A stretch of 64,000 nt of DNA, from NCBI GenBank assembly GCA_020349025.1, contig CP070763.1, positions 1,811,012 through 1,875,011 on the forward strand, written 5' to 3'. The translations under genes were made by a program, and so were the position numbers. This document shows positions 1 to 9,400 of the stretch, one piece after another. The notes under the pieces were generated by a model that worked only from the letters and a program-made list of their open reading frames with translations, was not told the DNA's origin and searched no databases. This DNA comes from Candidatus Latescibacterota bacterium (GTDB taxonomy: Bacteria > Krumholzibacteriota > Krumholzibacteriia > G020349025). Within the stretch, counting starts at the first letter, position 1. The number at the start of each line of letters is the position of its first letter.

Positions 1-335
1 GGCCCGACCTGCTGCGGCACACCGAGCGCATTACGGCGCAGGCGCTGGCGGAGCGTCTCAACGGCGCCGAGCCTCCGCACGTGCTCGACGTGCGCTCGGA
101 AACGGAGTGGGACGACAAACGCATCATCGGCAGCATTCTCATCCCGCTCAATCAGCTGCAAAAACGTGTCGAAGAAGTGCCGCGCAACAGCAACTTCGTC
201 ATCCACTGCGCGGGAGGCTACCGCTCGATGATCGCGGCGAGCATCCTCGAGCAGAACGGCTTCACCAACTACAGCGATCTGCTGGGTGGCTACTCGGCGT
301 GGGATCTTCTCGATGAGGGCGCAGCGCGCAGGTAG
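1..335 (+). CDS. Rhodanese-domain sulfurtransferase, 5'-truncated by the window edge
   Basis: The frame is open from nt 3; the ORF track starts it at 81. The active-site Cys loop is present in ...FVIHCAGGYRSMIAASIL..., which is a rhodanese signature. Stop at 333-335. Confidence 0.7.
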   Translation, partial: PDLLRHTERITAQALAERLNGAEPPHVLDVRSETEWDDKRIIGSILIPLNQLQKRVEEVPRNSNFVIHCAGGYRSMIAASILEQNGFTNYSDLLGGYSAWDLLDEGAARR

Positions 336-349
336 CGACCAGGGAAGGT

Positions 350-2131
350 GTGCCCATCGATCCGCTGCTCACAGGACCGGAGCGCGAGCTCGTCCATGAA
401 CAACGTGCACTCTTCGACGCCGCGCACGACCTCGCGGTCGAGCTCGAGCTCGTGCCGGGAGACGCCGAGGCTCTCGATGCCATGCGGCGCCAGCTCGACG
501 AGCTCTTCTTGATCATGGTGGTGGGCGAGTTCAACGCCGGCAAATCCACCTTCCTCAATGCCCTGCTGGGCTCCGAGATTCTGGAGACGGGCGAGCTGCC
601 CACCACGCGTCAGGTGCACCTTCTGCGCCACGGGCCGGTCAAGAGCGTGCACGAAGCGGAGCCCGGGTTGCTGATCCACGAGCTTCCAGCAGCGCTTCTG
701 GAGGCACTCAACGTCGTCGACACCCCCGGCACGAACTCGATGCAGCGCGAAGAGCAAGTGCTCACGGAGCGTTTCGTGCCCCGCGCCGATCTGGTCTTCT
801 TCCTCACCTCGCTCGTGCGGCCCTACGCGGCCAGCGAGCACGAATTCCTGCAGCTGATCCGCAGCTGGGGGAAGAGCGTGCTCTTCGTCATCAACCAGGT
901 CGATCTCGCCAGCGGCCCAGACCACGTGGAACGTGTGCGGCGCTACGTGCAGCAGCAGGTCGAGCAGAACCTCGGCGAACCGCGGCCGGTGTACGCGATC
1001 AGCGCGCGCGAGGTGGTGGAGGAGCGTGAGCTCTCGGATCAAAACGAGTACCCGCAACTGGAAACGTACGTCACCCAGACGTTGCGCGAGCGCGAGCGCG
1101 TGCGCATCAAGCTACGAGCACCACTCGACAGCTTGCGCACGGTGCTCGCGCGTCAGGAGGAAGCGCTGGCGGAGCGCCTGCGCCTCGTACAGGGGGACCG
1201 CAGCGCGCTTGCGGGCATCCTCGCGGAGGTCGACGCCTACGAGAACCGCATGCTCGACGAGGTGTCCCGCTACCAGGCGCAGATCACCAACGTCTTGTGG
1301 CAGCTCGAACGGCGCGGCGATCGTTTCTTCGACGAGCTGGTGCGCATCGCCAACGTGATGCGTTTGCGCAACAAGGACATCGTGGAGAATCGCTTTCGCA
1401 TCGAGGTGATTGCCGACGCGCCGCAGCGGATCGAGGAGGAGGTGCAGGCGCTCATCGACTGGCTCGTGCGCCAAAACCTTGTCATGTGGGAGAGAGCCGA
1501 TGACACACTGGACAAGCGCCGCCAAGCGCTGCGCGAAGCCGCTGCGCGCAACCGCTGGATGAGCCCGGAGTTCGTCTACAACCGTGAGGAGATCTTCGGC
1601 AACCTCGCGCAACCGGTGCGCCAGCGCCTCGAGAGCTTCGACGCGCGCCAGGAAGCAGACACGGTCGTGGCATCGGTCAACGACGCCATTGCGCGCACCT
1701 TCAGCGTGCAGGCTCTGGTCATCGGTCTCGGGGCCGTCCTCACGGCGGCATTCACCACGCTGAGCATCGACGTCACCGGCACGATCGGCGCCACCGTTCT
1801 GGCGGTGGCGGCGCTCTTCATCTTGCCGCACCGTCGCGGCCGGCTCAAACGCGAGCTCTCCGCCAAGGTGGCCACGTTGAAGGAGGAGCTTGCCGAGACG
1901 CTCGAAGCACGTTTCCGGGAGCAGCTGCGCGCCTATACGGAGCAGCTGCGCGCAGCCTTCACTCCGGAGCTGCGTGCGACGGAGGCGCAGGAATCACGCT
2001 TGCAGGATCTGATGGCGCGTGTGCAGGAGATACGCGAGCGCTGCGCGACACTTCTGACGCAGGTGGACGTGGCAATCGTGGCCGCTCCGAGCCCACCGCC
2101 CGCGAACGAAGCGACTCCGGATGCCGATTGA
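350..2131 (+). CDS. Bacterial dynamin-like GTPase (BDLP family)
   Basis: 593 aa. G1 P-loop GEFNAGKST, G3 DTPG and an NQVD G4-like motif are present. The C-terminal hydrophobic paddle (LVIGLGAVLTAAF...ATVLAVAALFIL) is followed by coiled-coil-like helices. Confidence 0.8.
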   Translation: MPIDPLLTGPERELVHEQRALFDAAHDLAVELELVPGDAEALDAMRRQLDELFLIMVVGEFNAGKSTFLNALLGSEILETGELPTTRQVHLLRHGPVKSVHEAEPGLLIHELPAALLEALNVVDTPGTNSMQREEQVLTERFVPRADLVFFLTSLVRPYAASEHEFLQLIRSWGKSVLFVINQVDLASGPDHVERVRRYVQQQVEQNLGEPRPVYAISAREVVEERELSDQNEYPQLETYVTQTLRERERVRIKLRAPLDSLRTVLARQEEALAERLRLVQGDRSALAGILAEVDAYENRMLDEVSRYQAQITNVLWQLERRGDRFFDELVRIANVMRLRNKDIVENRFRIEVIADAPQRIEEEVQALIDWLVRQNLVMWERADDTLDKRRQALREAAARNRWMSPEFVYNREEIFGNLAQPVRQRLESFDARQEADTVVASVNDAIARTFSVQALVIGLGAVLTAAFTTLSIDVTGTIGATVLAVAALFILPHRRGRLKRELSAKVATLKEELAETLEARFREQLRAYTEQLRAAFTPELRATEAQESRLQDLMARVQEIRERCATLLTQVDVAIVAAPSPPPANEATPDAD

Positions 2132-2186
2132 AGTCTCAGGCAGCGCTCGATCGGCCGCGTTTCCTGGGGCTGGGGAGATGGGGGAG

Positions 2187-2999
2187 CTAAGGAGATGGTT
2201 CCGATGGCGGCGCCTGCTCGTCACTCCCGGCCGGCTGCTCCTCCATTGCTTCCGACTCGCCCGCGTCGGGTGTGTTCTGTGAAATCGCCGGCGCTTCTTC
2301 CACCGCTTCCTCCAGGAGCTCCTCTTCTTCGATGATGCGCACGCCGGCGCTCTCCTGTCCGCGGATGATCTGTGCAAAGCTCGGCTTTTCGAATTCCAGC
2401 TCCGTCCGCCTCTGCTTCATGGAGGGCAGCACGACGGCGGTGGGGCGCACCTCACCGTTCCAGACGATGCGGCCGCGCGAATTGTACGCGGCGCGATTCA
2501 TGACGTTGATGTAGCGCAGCTCGAACCCGTGCCGAATGACCTCGTCGCTGACGTCGGGGTCCATGACGCGCATGTAGTCCGACCACACCTGGTCGATGAA
2601 GCGCTGCACCGACTTGTTGCCAGGGATCGGCACCAGATAGATGGGGGCACCCTCGAGCTCCTCGACGTCGTAGTTGTGGCGGAAGTCCGCGAGCCGACCG
2701 GCCGCCGCAGTGGAGTCGGCGGCAAACTCGGCGCGCAGCCGCGCCGCTTCGGCGAGCAGGGCGGCCTGTTCCGCCTCCGCCTCGGCTCGCTCGGTGGCTT
2801 GCTGCTGCCGATGCAGCACCCAGAAGCCGGCGCCAAAGAAGAGGACCGAGATCGTGCCGATGATGACCAGCGTCCTCACGACGCCGCTTTTGTAGCGTTC
2901 TTCGCGTTCCATCCACTCGAGTTCGGACACGTCACACACTCCGTGGAACAACGGACGGCAGAGCTTCCAACTCCAAGAAATGCCAGGCGGTGGGGCCAC
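2187..2999 (-). CDS. Hypothetical single-pass membrane protein with an acidic C-terminal tail
   Basis: 270-aa ORF with a TM segment (VVRTLVIIGTISVLFFGAGFWVL) and an acidic, low-complexity C-terminus. An alternative start (MEREER...) would put the start codon at 2910-2912. Convergent with the dynamin gene. Confidence 0.5.
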   Translation of the reverse strand: MAPPPGISWSWKLCRPLFHGVCDVSELEWMEREERYKSGVVRTLVIIGTISVLFFGAGFWVLHRQQQATERAEAEAEQAALLAEAARLRAEFAADSTAAAGRLADFRHNYDVEELEGAPIYLVPIPGNKSVQRFIDQVWSDYMRVMDPDVSDEVIRHGFELRYINVMNRAAYNSRGRIVWNGEVRPTAVVLPSMKQRRTELEFEKPSFAQIIRGQESAGVRIIEEEELLEEAVEEAPAISQNTPDAGESEAMEEQPAGSDEQAPPSEPSP

Positions 3000-3168
3000 C
3001 GGGGACGGGACGAGGATAGCGAGCCCGCTTCTGGGGCGTCAAGGTGGTCCCCGGGCGGTTGCAGGCGCCAAACCGCTGCGGGAGCGAGTGCCCGCGAGAT
3101 GTTGCCCGACGCCCGCGCGGCCCCTACAGTCGCAGCCTGAAGGCGGCGGGGTACGCCGGAGCGGGTCG

Positions 3169-4437
3169 ATGCAGGTCTCTCGAGGAGCTGCGCAAGCGCG
3201 AGTGAACGGCCGCGGTGCAGAAGAGAACGCTCTCCAGGAGAGTCGTGCGCTCCGCCAAGCGATCGGGCGCTTCCGGACGCGGCGGCAGTGGCTCGCGCAC
3301 CCCGAAGGGCCCCAGCTTGCGGCGCGCGCGACGGCGTTGTTGAAGCCTGTTTGGCGCCAGGCGCGCGCGGCGGCGAGCGGCGCAGCGCACACGGAGGCGC
3401 CGGAGCCCGGCGCCGAGCCGAGGCGCGACTGGGTCCACGTCGTGCACTGGAACATCCTGCATGGCGGCCGCTACGACGCGATCCTCGACGCCCTCCAACA
3501 CGAGCCGGCGCTCATCGACGCAGACCTCGTCTCCCTCAACGAGGTCGACCTCGGGTTGGCCCGCTCGGGGAATCGGAACGTGGCGTTCGATGCCGCCAGC
3601 GCGCTCGGCCTGCACGCCGTCTGGGCCGCCATGTACCTCGAGCTCGAAGGGGGGACCGCCGGCGAAGCGCAGCGAGAAAGTGCGCCTGGCCAGGCCGACG
3701 ATGCCGAATCTCTCTTCGGGCTGGCTTTGCTCTCGCGCTTCCCGCTGGGTGCTGCCCGCCGCGTCGAGCTGCAAACGCCGAGCGATCTCCTGTTCGATCG
3801 AGAGCGCAAGGTGGGGCAGTTCATAGCGCTCCTCGTCGAGGTGCAGCATCCACAGGAGTCGTTCCATGTCGTGGTGACCCACCTGGACGTCCACGGCACG
3901 CCGGCGGTGCGACGTGCCCAGATGCAGACGATTCTGCAGGCTCTGCCTCCCGGCCCGGCGCTCCTCTGTGGTGACTTCAACACCACGACCCTTGCGCGCG
4001 GCAACTGGTTGCGCTCGCTGCGCGCTTTCGGCGCGTTGGCTCTGACCCCACGCGGCCGGCTCGATCGCAGGTTGCAGCGACCGCAGGACCCGGTGCAGCG
4101 GCCGCGGGAGCCTCTCTTCGGCGAGCTGGAGCGTGCCGGCTTCGAATTCGAGCGCTTCAACAATTCGCATCCGTCGCTCGACCTGCGGCTCGCCGAAGTC
4201 CACGAGGTCCAGACGCTCCCCGTGCTGGGCCGCCGGCTCGGCGGCGCACTCCTGCGTCACGTCGAGCGCCGCAGTCACCACCGGCTCGACTGGATCGCCG
4301 CGCGCGGCTTCGCGCGCGCCAGCGCGCGCCCGCCGTTCACACTGCAGCACCTGATGCGCGGCCCCGACTCCGTTTCCGATCACGCACCGATCGGCTGCGG
4401 AGTGCGGCCCGCGCCTGCGGATCCCGACTCGGCGTGA
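3169..4437 (+). CDS. Endonuclease/exonuclease/phosphatase (EEP) family protein
   Basis: Motifs WVHVVHWNILHG and LVSLNEVD, plus the C-terminal SDHAPI, are EEP-fold signatures. The ATG at 3169 is in frame. The track ORF begins at 2980 but would overlap the convergent gene. Confidence 0.6.
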   Translation: MQVSRGAAQARVNGRGAEENALQESRALRQAIGRFRTRRQWLAHPEGPQLAARATALLKPVWRQARAAASGAAHTEAPEPGAEPRRDWVHVVHWNILHGGRYDAILDALQHEPALIDADLVSLNEVDLGLARSGNRNVAFDAASALGLHAVWAAMYLELEGGTAGEAQRESAPGQADDAESLFGLALLSRFPLGAARRVELQTPSDLLFDRERKVGQFIALLVEVQHPQESFHVVVTHLDVHGTPAVRRAQMQTILQALPPGPALLCGDFNTTTLARGNWLRSLRAFGALALTPRGRLDRRLQRPQDPVQRPREPLFGELERAGFEFERFNNSHPSLDLRLAEVHEVQTLPVLGRRLGGALLRHVERRSHHRLDWIAARGFARASARPPFTLQHLMRGPDSVSDHAPIGCGVRPAPADPDSA

Positions 4438-4463
4438 GGTCGAGCTTGCCGCGGAAGGCCGAC

Positions 4464-6035
4464 CTACGGTCGACCGGCGCCTGTAATCTCGAACAAGCTG
4501 TCGCCGCGAGCTACGAACTCGAGCTGGATGCGGTCGCTCTGGTTGGCGCGGTCGAACTCCGCGCGCAGGAACCCCGGGAACCAGACGCGACGACCGCCGG
4601 CGAGCTCGCGCTGCAACGTCTCCACGCTCGGCAGGGGACGGCCCCAGTACTCCTTGTCCGTGACCTGCATCACGTCGTACAGGCTGGCGAGCGTGCGCTG
4701 GCGTTCGTGCGCCAGGAAGAAGCGCATCGAGATGCTGCCGCGAAGAGGCTGCCCGTTCTGAATGCCTCCGACGAGAAGAACGATGTCGTCGGGTGAGGTG
4801 GAGCGCCGCACCACGTCGTGGTAGCGCGCCAACGGCATCGGCTCATGCAGCTTGGCGAAGAGGGAGAGGTTCCCAAACAGGAGAAGGAGGGCGGTGGCAG
4901 CTTGCGTGGCCACCAGACCACGCCACGGAAGCGCGGAGGCCACGAGCAGGAAGAGAGTCGCGGGAACGGTCCACGACTCGACGTTGAACGGCTCGTAGAA
5001 GGCAAAGTGCAGCGTCCAGAGCCCAGCGAGAACACACGCGTGCAGGACCAGGAAGCGTCGGCATATCGGTCGCGCCGCATTCGCGGATGCCCCGAGCCGG
5101 CGTGACGCACGTGCGGCCACGGTCGAAAGCGCGAGCAGTGCGACGGCGACGACGGCCAGCGGGCCGGAGCCGCTGAAGAACCCGAGTATGCCGAACAGGC
5201 ACGCTGCGATGCCGCGCGAGCTTCCGGGGACGCCGAAGAAGTTGTTGCCCTCTTCACGGTGGAAGAAGGTCAAGTACTCGGCGAACTCGAGCGGCGTGCG
5301 CACGTGCGTCGTCCAAGCGGCGACGACGCCGTACACGCCGGTTGCAACCACGGCGCCGAGGATCACGCCTCCGAGCAGCGCGCGCCGCTGCGGCTTCCAG
5401 GCCTGCGGCAAAAGAAGCAGCGACAGAAGCGCGAAGGGCACGAGGACGACGTTGCTCAGGTGCGTGAGAATCGCAAACGCAAGCGTGGGGGCAACCCAGG
5501 CCACACGCCGCTCCCCGGCGAGCGCGCCCCAGTAGCAGAACAGAAACAGCAGGAGCGTCGCGAGCGCCACGACCCTTTCCTCGCCGCTCGACCCCATCTT
5601 CCAGAAGCCGTAGGTCACGCTCAGGAGAAGCTGTGCTGCGATGGCTGCGAGCTTCGCTCCACCCCAGAAGCGTACGAGCCGGCCCAGGAGCAGGAGGGCG
5701 CCGGCTGCGGCCAGAGCTTCGAAGAAAACGAGTGCACGCAGACCGGGGCCGCCTCCCAACACTGCGCGTACGATCGCAGCCATCGGCAGCTCCAGCACGT
5801 GGGCGAAGGAGAGGAACTGGGAGCGCGGCGAGCCATCCCACGTGCGCAGATAGCGCTCCGAGTGCTCGAGAAGATACGCACGCTCCAGTGTGTCCCAGTG
5901 GAAGTGACGTGAGCCCAGCGGCAGCGCAAGGAGAGCAAAGAGCGCCGGGATCAGAAGAAGAGCAGGCCGAGCCCAGCTTCTCCACTTCGCCCCGGTCGCC
6001 GCGGCCTGACCTCGGCTCACTGCCTCTGGCTTCAC
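4464..6035 (-). CDS. Polytopic membrane protein, possibly a GT-C type glycosyltransferase (PMT/ArnT-like)
   Basis: At least 10 predicted TM helices followed by a soluble C-terminal domain. The start is uncertain: the ORF runs to 6179 with no ATG, so the GTG at 6033-6035 was chosen just upstream of the first TM helix. Confidence 0.45.
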   Translation of the reverse strand: MKPEAVSRGQAAATGAKWRSWARPALLLIPALFALLALPLGSRHFHWDTLERAYLLEHSERYLRTWDGSPRSQFLSFAHVLELPMAAIVRAVLGGGPGLRALVFFEALAAAGALLLLGRLVRFWGGAKLAAIAAQLLLSVTYGFWKMGSSGEERVVALATLLLFLFCYWGALAGERRVAWVAPTLAFAILTHLSNVVLVPFALLSLLLLPQAWKPQRRALLGGVILGAVVATGVYGVVAAWTTHVRTPLEFAEYLTFFHREEGNNFFGVPGSSRGIAACLFGILGFFSGSGPLAVVAVALLALSTVAARASRRLGASANAARPICRRFLVLHACVLAGLWTLHFAFYEPFNVESWTVPATLFLLVASALPWRGLVATQAATALLLLFGNLSLFAKLHEPMPLARYHDVVRRSTSPDDIVLLVGGIQNGQPLRGSISMRFFLAHERQRTLASLYDVMQVTDKEYWGRPLPSVETLQRELAGGRRVWFPGFLRAEFDRANQSDRIQLEFVARGDSLFEITGAGRP

Positions 6036-6172
6036 ATCATTATTCCTCGTCGGCGAACCGCTCACTCTCCATGCTCGAGGTCGGGGGCACGCTGGTGCCC
6101 GATCGGCTTCGGATTGTCGTGAAACGCACCCAATAAGCTCAACACCAAACCACCCGTTCGTGTCGTGAGAGT

Positions 6173-6217
6173 GCGACATTCTGTCACGGCGTCCGCGACA
6201 TCGTCACATTCTGTCGG
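6173..6217. promoter_or_regulatory. Direct-repeat element in the divergent promoter region
   Basis: GCGACATTCTGTCAC (6173-6187) and GCGACATCGTCACATTCTGTCGG (6195-6217) share the units GCGACAT and ACATTCTGTC. They lie between the divergently transcribed membrane-protein and protease genes. Confidence 0.3.
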
Positions 6218-6428
6218 CTGCCGGCGACTTCCTGCGCCAACTGACGCGCTGGCGTGCACAGAACGTCCAACGACGTCTCGAGGTTTCCGCAAACACCTTG
6301 TGATACTTGCTCTTCGGCGTTTCGGCCAGGTATCATTAAGCAACCCCCGACCGGACGCCTGCCAACCCGATCGGCCGGCGGGAGAGGCCGACTCTCGACC
6401 GCGCGGCAACATTGTTGGAGACACTCGA

Positions 6429-9400
6429 GTGCGCCGCAAGCGCTTCGCTTTCGTGGGCTCTGTCATCACCGTGCTCTCGCTCGGCGTCTCGTCGAGCTGG
6501 AGCGTGCGGCCCGACGCGCGTGTGACCGGGCTCGAGATCGTGCGCACCGACCCTGCGACGCTGCGAAGCAGCGTGGGTCAGCGAAGGTTGTCGCGCGACG
6601 ATGTGCGCCTGCACGATTTCCGCGGCACCCATGGCGACGCGTGGCGCGTGCGATGGAACGAGTTCACGCGAACGCCGCATCGTGCTTTCGGAGGGCGGGT
6701 CGACGCCGAGCGCATCGCGGCCGGCACTCGCCCCTACGGAGCAAGGGACAAAGACGCCGTCCTGCGACTTGCCGAGGCGTTCGTGCGCGAGCATGCGCAG
6801 CTGCTCGGGGCTCGTTGGGAGGAGCTGCGTCCAGCCTACGTCGATCTCAAGGGTGGACGCTGGGTGGTGACGCTGAAGCAGGAAATCGGTGGGATCGAGG
6901 TCATCGGTGGACGCGTCGACCTGCGTTTCTCGCCGCGGGGCGACTTGATGATGTTCGGCTCCGACATCTATCCAGTTCCCCAATTCAAAGCCTTGCCGCG
7001 CCTCGCAGCCAGCGCCGCGGAGCGTGCGGCGCTGCGAGGGATGCCGGCGGGCTCCGTCGCCGCCCTCGATGCTGCGACGCAGCTGGTCCTGCTCCCGATT
7101 CTCGCCGACGAACCGCTGGCGCCGGGTGTGCGCAAGGCGGCGCCACGCGCCACGCTCGACCCCAGCGCGCTGCGCGTCCGACCCGCGTATCGCGTGCACG
7201 TGCGCACGCACGAACCGCCCGGCAAATGGGTGACCTTCGTCGACGCCGCCACCGGCCAGGTGCTGTGGCGCTACAACCGCGTGCGTTTCGCCTCCGCCTC
7301 GGGCGCCGTCGTCGGCGACATCCATCCGCTCCAGGGCAGCGACCCAACCAGCACCGTGTGGTTTCCGTACACGGAGCTGCTGGGTGGAGGCCTTGCAGAT
7401 ACGATCGCCGCATACGACTTCGAGGGGGGTGTCGCCGGTTGGAGCGCCGACTCGCCGTGGGCGTTGTCGCCGGAGCGCGCGCATAGCGGCTCGCAGGCGT
7501 GGAGCGACAGCCCCGGCGCCAACTACTTCAACAACACCAACGTCGCGCTCACGTCGCCAAAGCTCAACATCACGACCATCGCCGATCCCGTCCTCGAGTT
7601 CTGGTGCTACCTGCAGCTCGAGGACACCTGGGACTTTCTCTACATCGATGCGTCCGGTGACAACGGGGGTACGTGGCATACACTTCTCGCACTGAGCGGC
7701 GCACGTGATTGGCACGTGCGCCATGTCGATCTGTCGGCGGTGGAAGGAACGAACGCTCTGCGTGTGCGCTTCCGCATCTGGAGCGACGGCTCGGTACGCG
7801 ACAACGGTGCCTGGATCGACGACGTGCGCATCGGACGCATGGGGTCGGACGTCAGCGACGAACTCGGCGCCTACAGCCTGACCACCGCGGACGACGATTC
7901 CACCGTGACCGCTTCGCTGCGCGGACCCTTCGGCCAGGTGTTCAACCGCGCCAGCGGTGGTTCCGATGCCAGCCTCTCGGTGACCCCTGTTGACGGCGCG
8001 GCGAGTTTCTACTTCAACGACAGCAATTCCCTCGCGCGCGAGCGCGACTCCTTCTACGGTCTCGTGGCCTCCCACACGCGCATGAAGAGCATCGACCCGG
8101 GTCTCACGAGCCTCGACTATCCGCTGCCCGTCTTCGTCGGCATCGCCTTCTGCAACGCCTACTGGGCCGGCTCGCAAATCGTCATGGGTGCGGGCGCGGG
8201 CGATTGTGCCGACCTGGGGACCTGGGTGCCCGTCATGTACCACGAGTACGCCCATGCGATCACCGATCACGTGTACGACGTGGTCGGCGATCCGCCGGGA
8301 GACCTGCACGAAGCGTTCTCCGATTACTTCGCGTCCACGATCACGGGTGACCCTCGCGTCGGTCCCGGAATCCTGGGACCGGGAACGATGTTCCGCACCA
8401 TCGAGAACAACCTGAGGAATCCGGAGGACTACTCGGGAGAGGTGCACATCGATGGCACCATCCTGGCAGGGGCGTTGTGGGATCTGCGCCAGCTCCTGCT
8501 GCCGGATGTGGCACTTGCCGACTCGCTCTACCACTTTGCGCGCTACGGTTTTCCGACCAGCTTCGAGGACTATTTCATCGAGCTCCTGACCGTCGACGAT
8601 GACAACGGCGATCTGGCAGACGGCACGCCTCACATCGAAGCGATCCGCTCCGCCTTTGGATTCCACGGCATCGGCCTCGGACCGGAGTTCGAGCACGTCC
8701 ACGTCGAGGTGCAGGAGACGAACGGCAACGGCGACGGGCGTCTCGATCCGGGAGAGCAAGCGAACCTGGCGCTCACGCTGCGCAACTACGGCGGGGCCGA
8801 AAGCAACGTGTCGGCGAAGATCTCGACCACGACTCCTGGCGTGACGATCACGGCGGACAGTGTCTTCGTCGGCGCCGTGACCGCGGCTCCCCCTGGTGGC
8901 TCGGTGGAGGTCACGGCTTCGACGACGTTCCACGTGCAGGTGGACCCCAGCGTCGACGTGGGAACAGCGCTTCTCTTCGAGCTCGAGATCCGTTCCGACC
9001 TCGGTTTCAATGGCGACAGCTTCATGCTGCCGGTCGGCTACGTGCCGATCCTCCTCGTCGACGACGACCGCACACGCGCGTTCGAGACCTGGTACACCGA
9101 TTCGCTGCAACGTCTCGGCAAGGGCTACACGCTCTGGGACGCCGGGATCCTCGGCAGCCCGTCGGCGGCGGAGATGTCGGAGTACCGGACCGTGATCTGG
9201 TTCACGGGGAACGATCGCCGCAACACGCTGACCCCGAGCGACCAGGCGGAGCTGGCCGCGTACCTGGATGCCGGTGGCAACCTGTTCATCAGCGGAGAGG
9301 ACATCGGCGAGGATCTCTGGCAGGGGAACAACACGACGCCGACTCCGGAAGACCGGGCGTTCTACGAAGACTACCTGCGCGCCAACGTGTTCTTCGAGAA

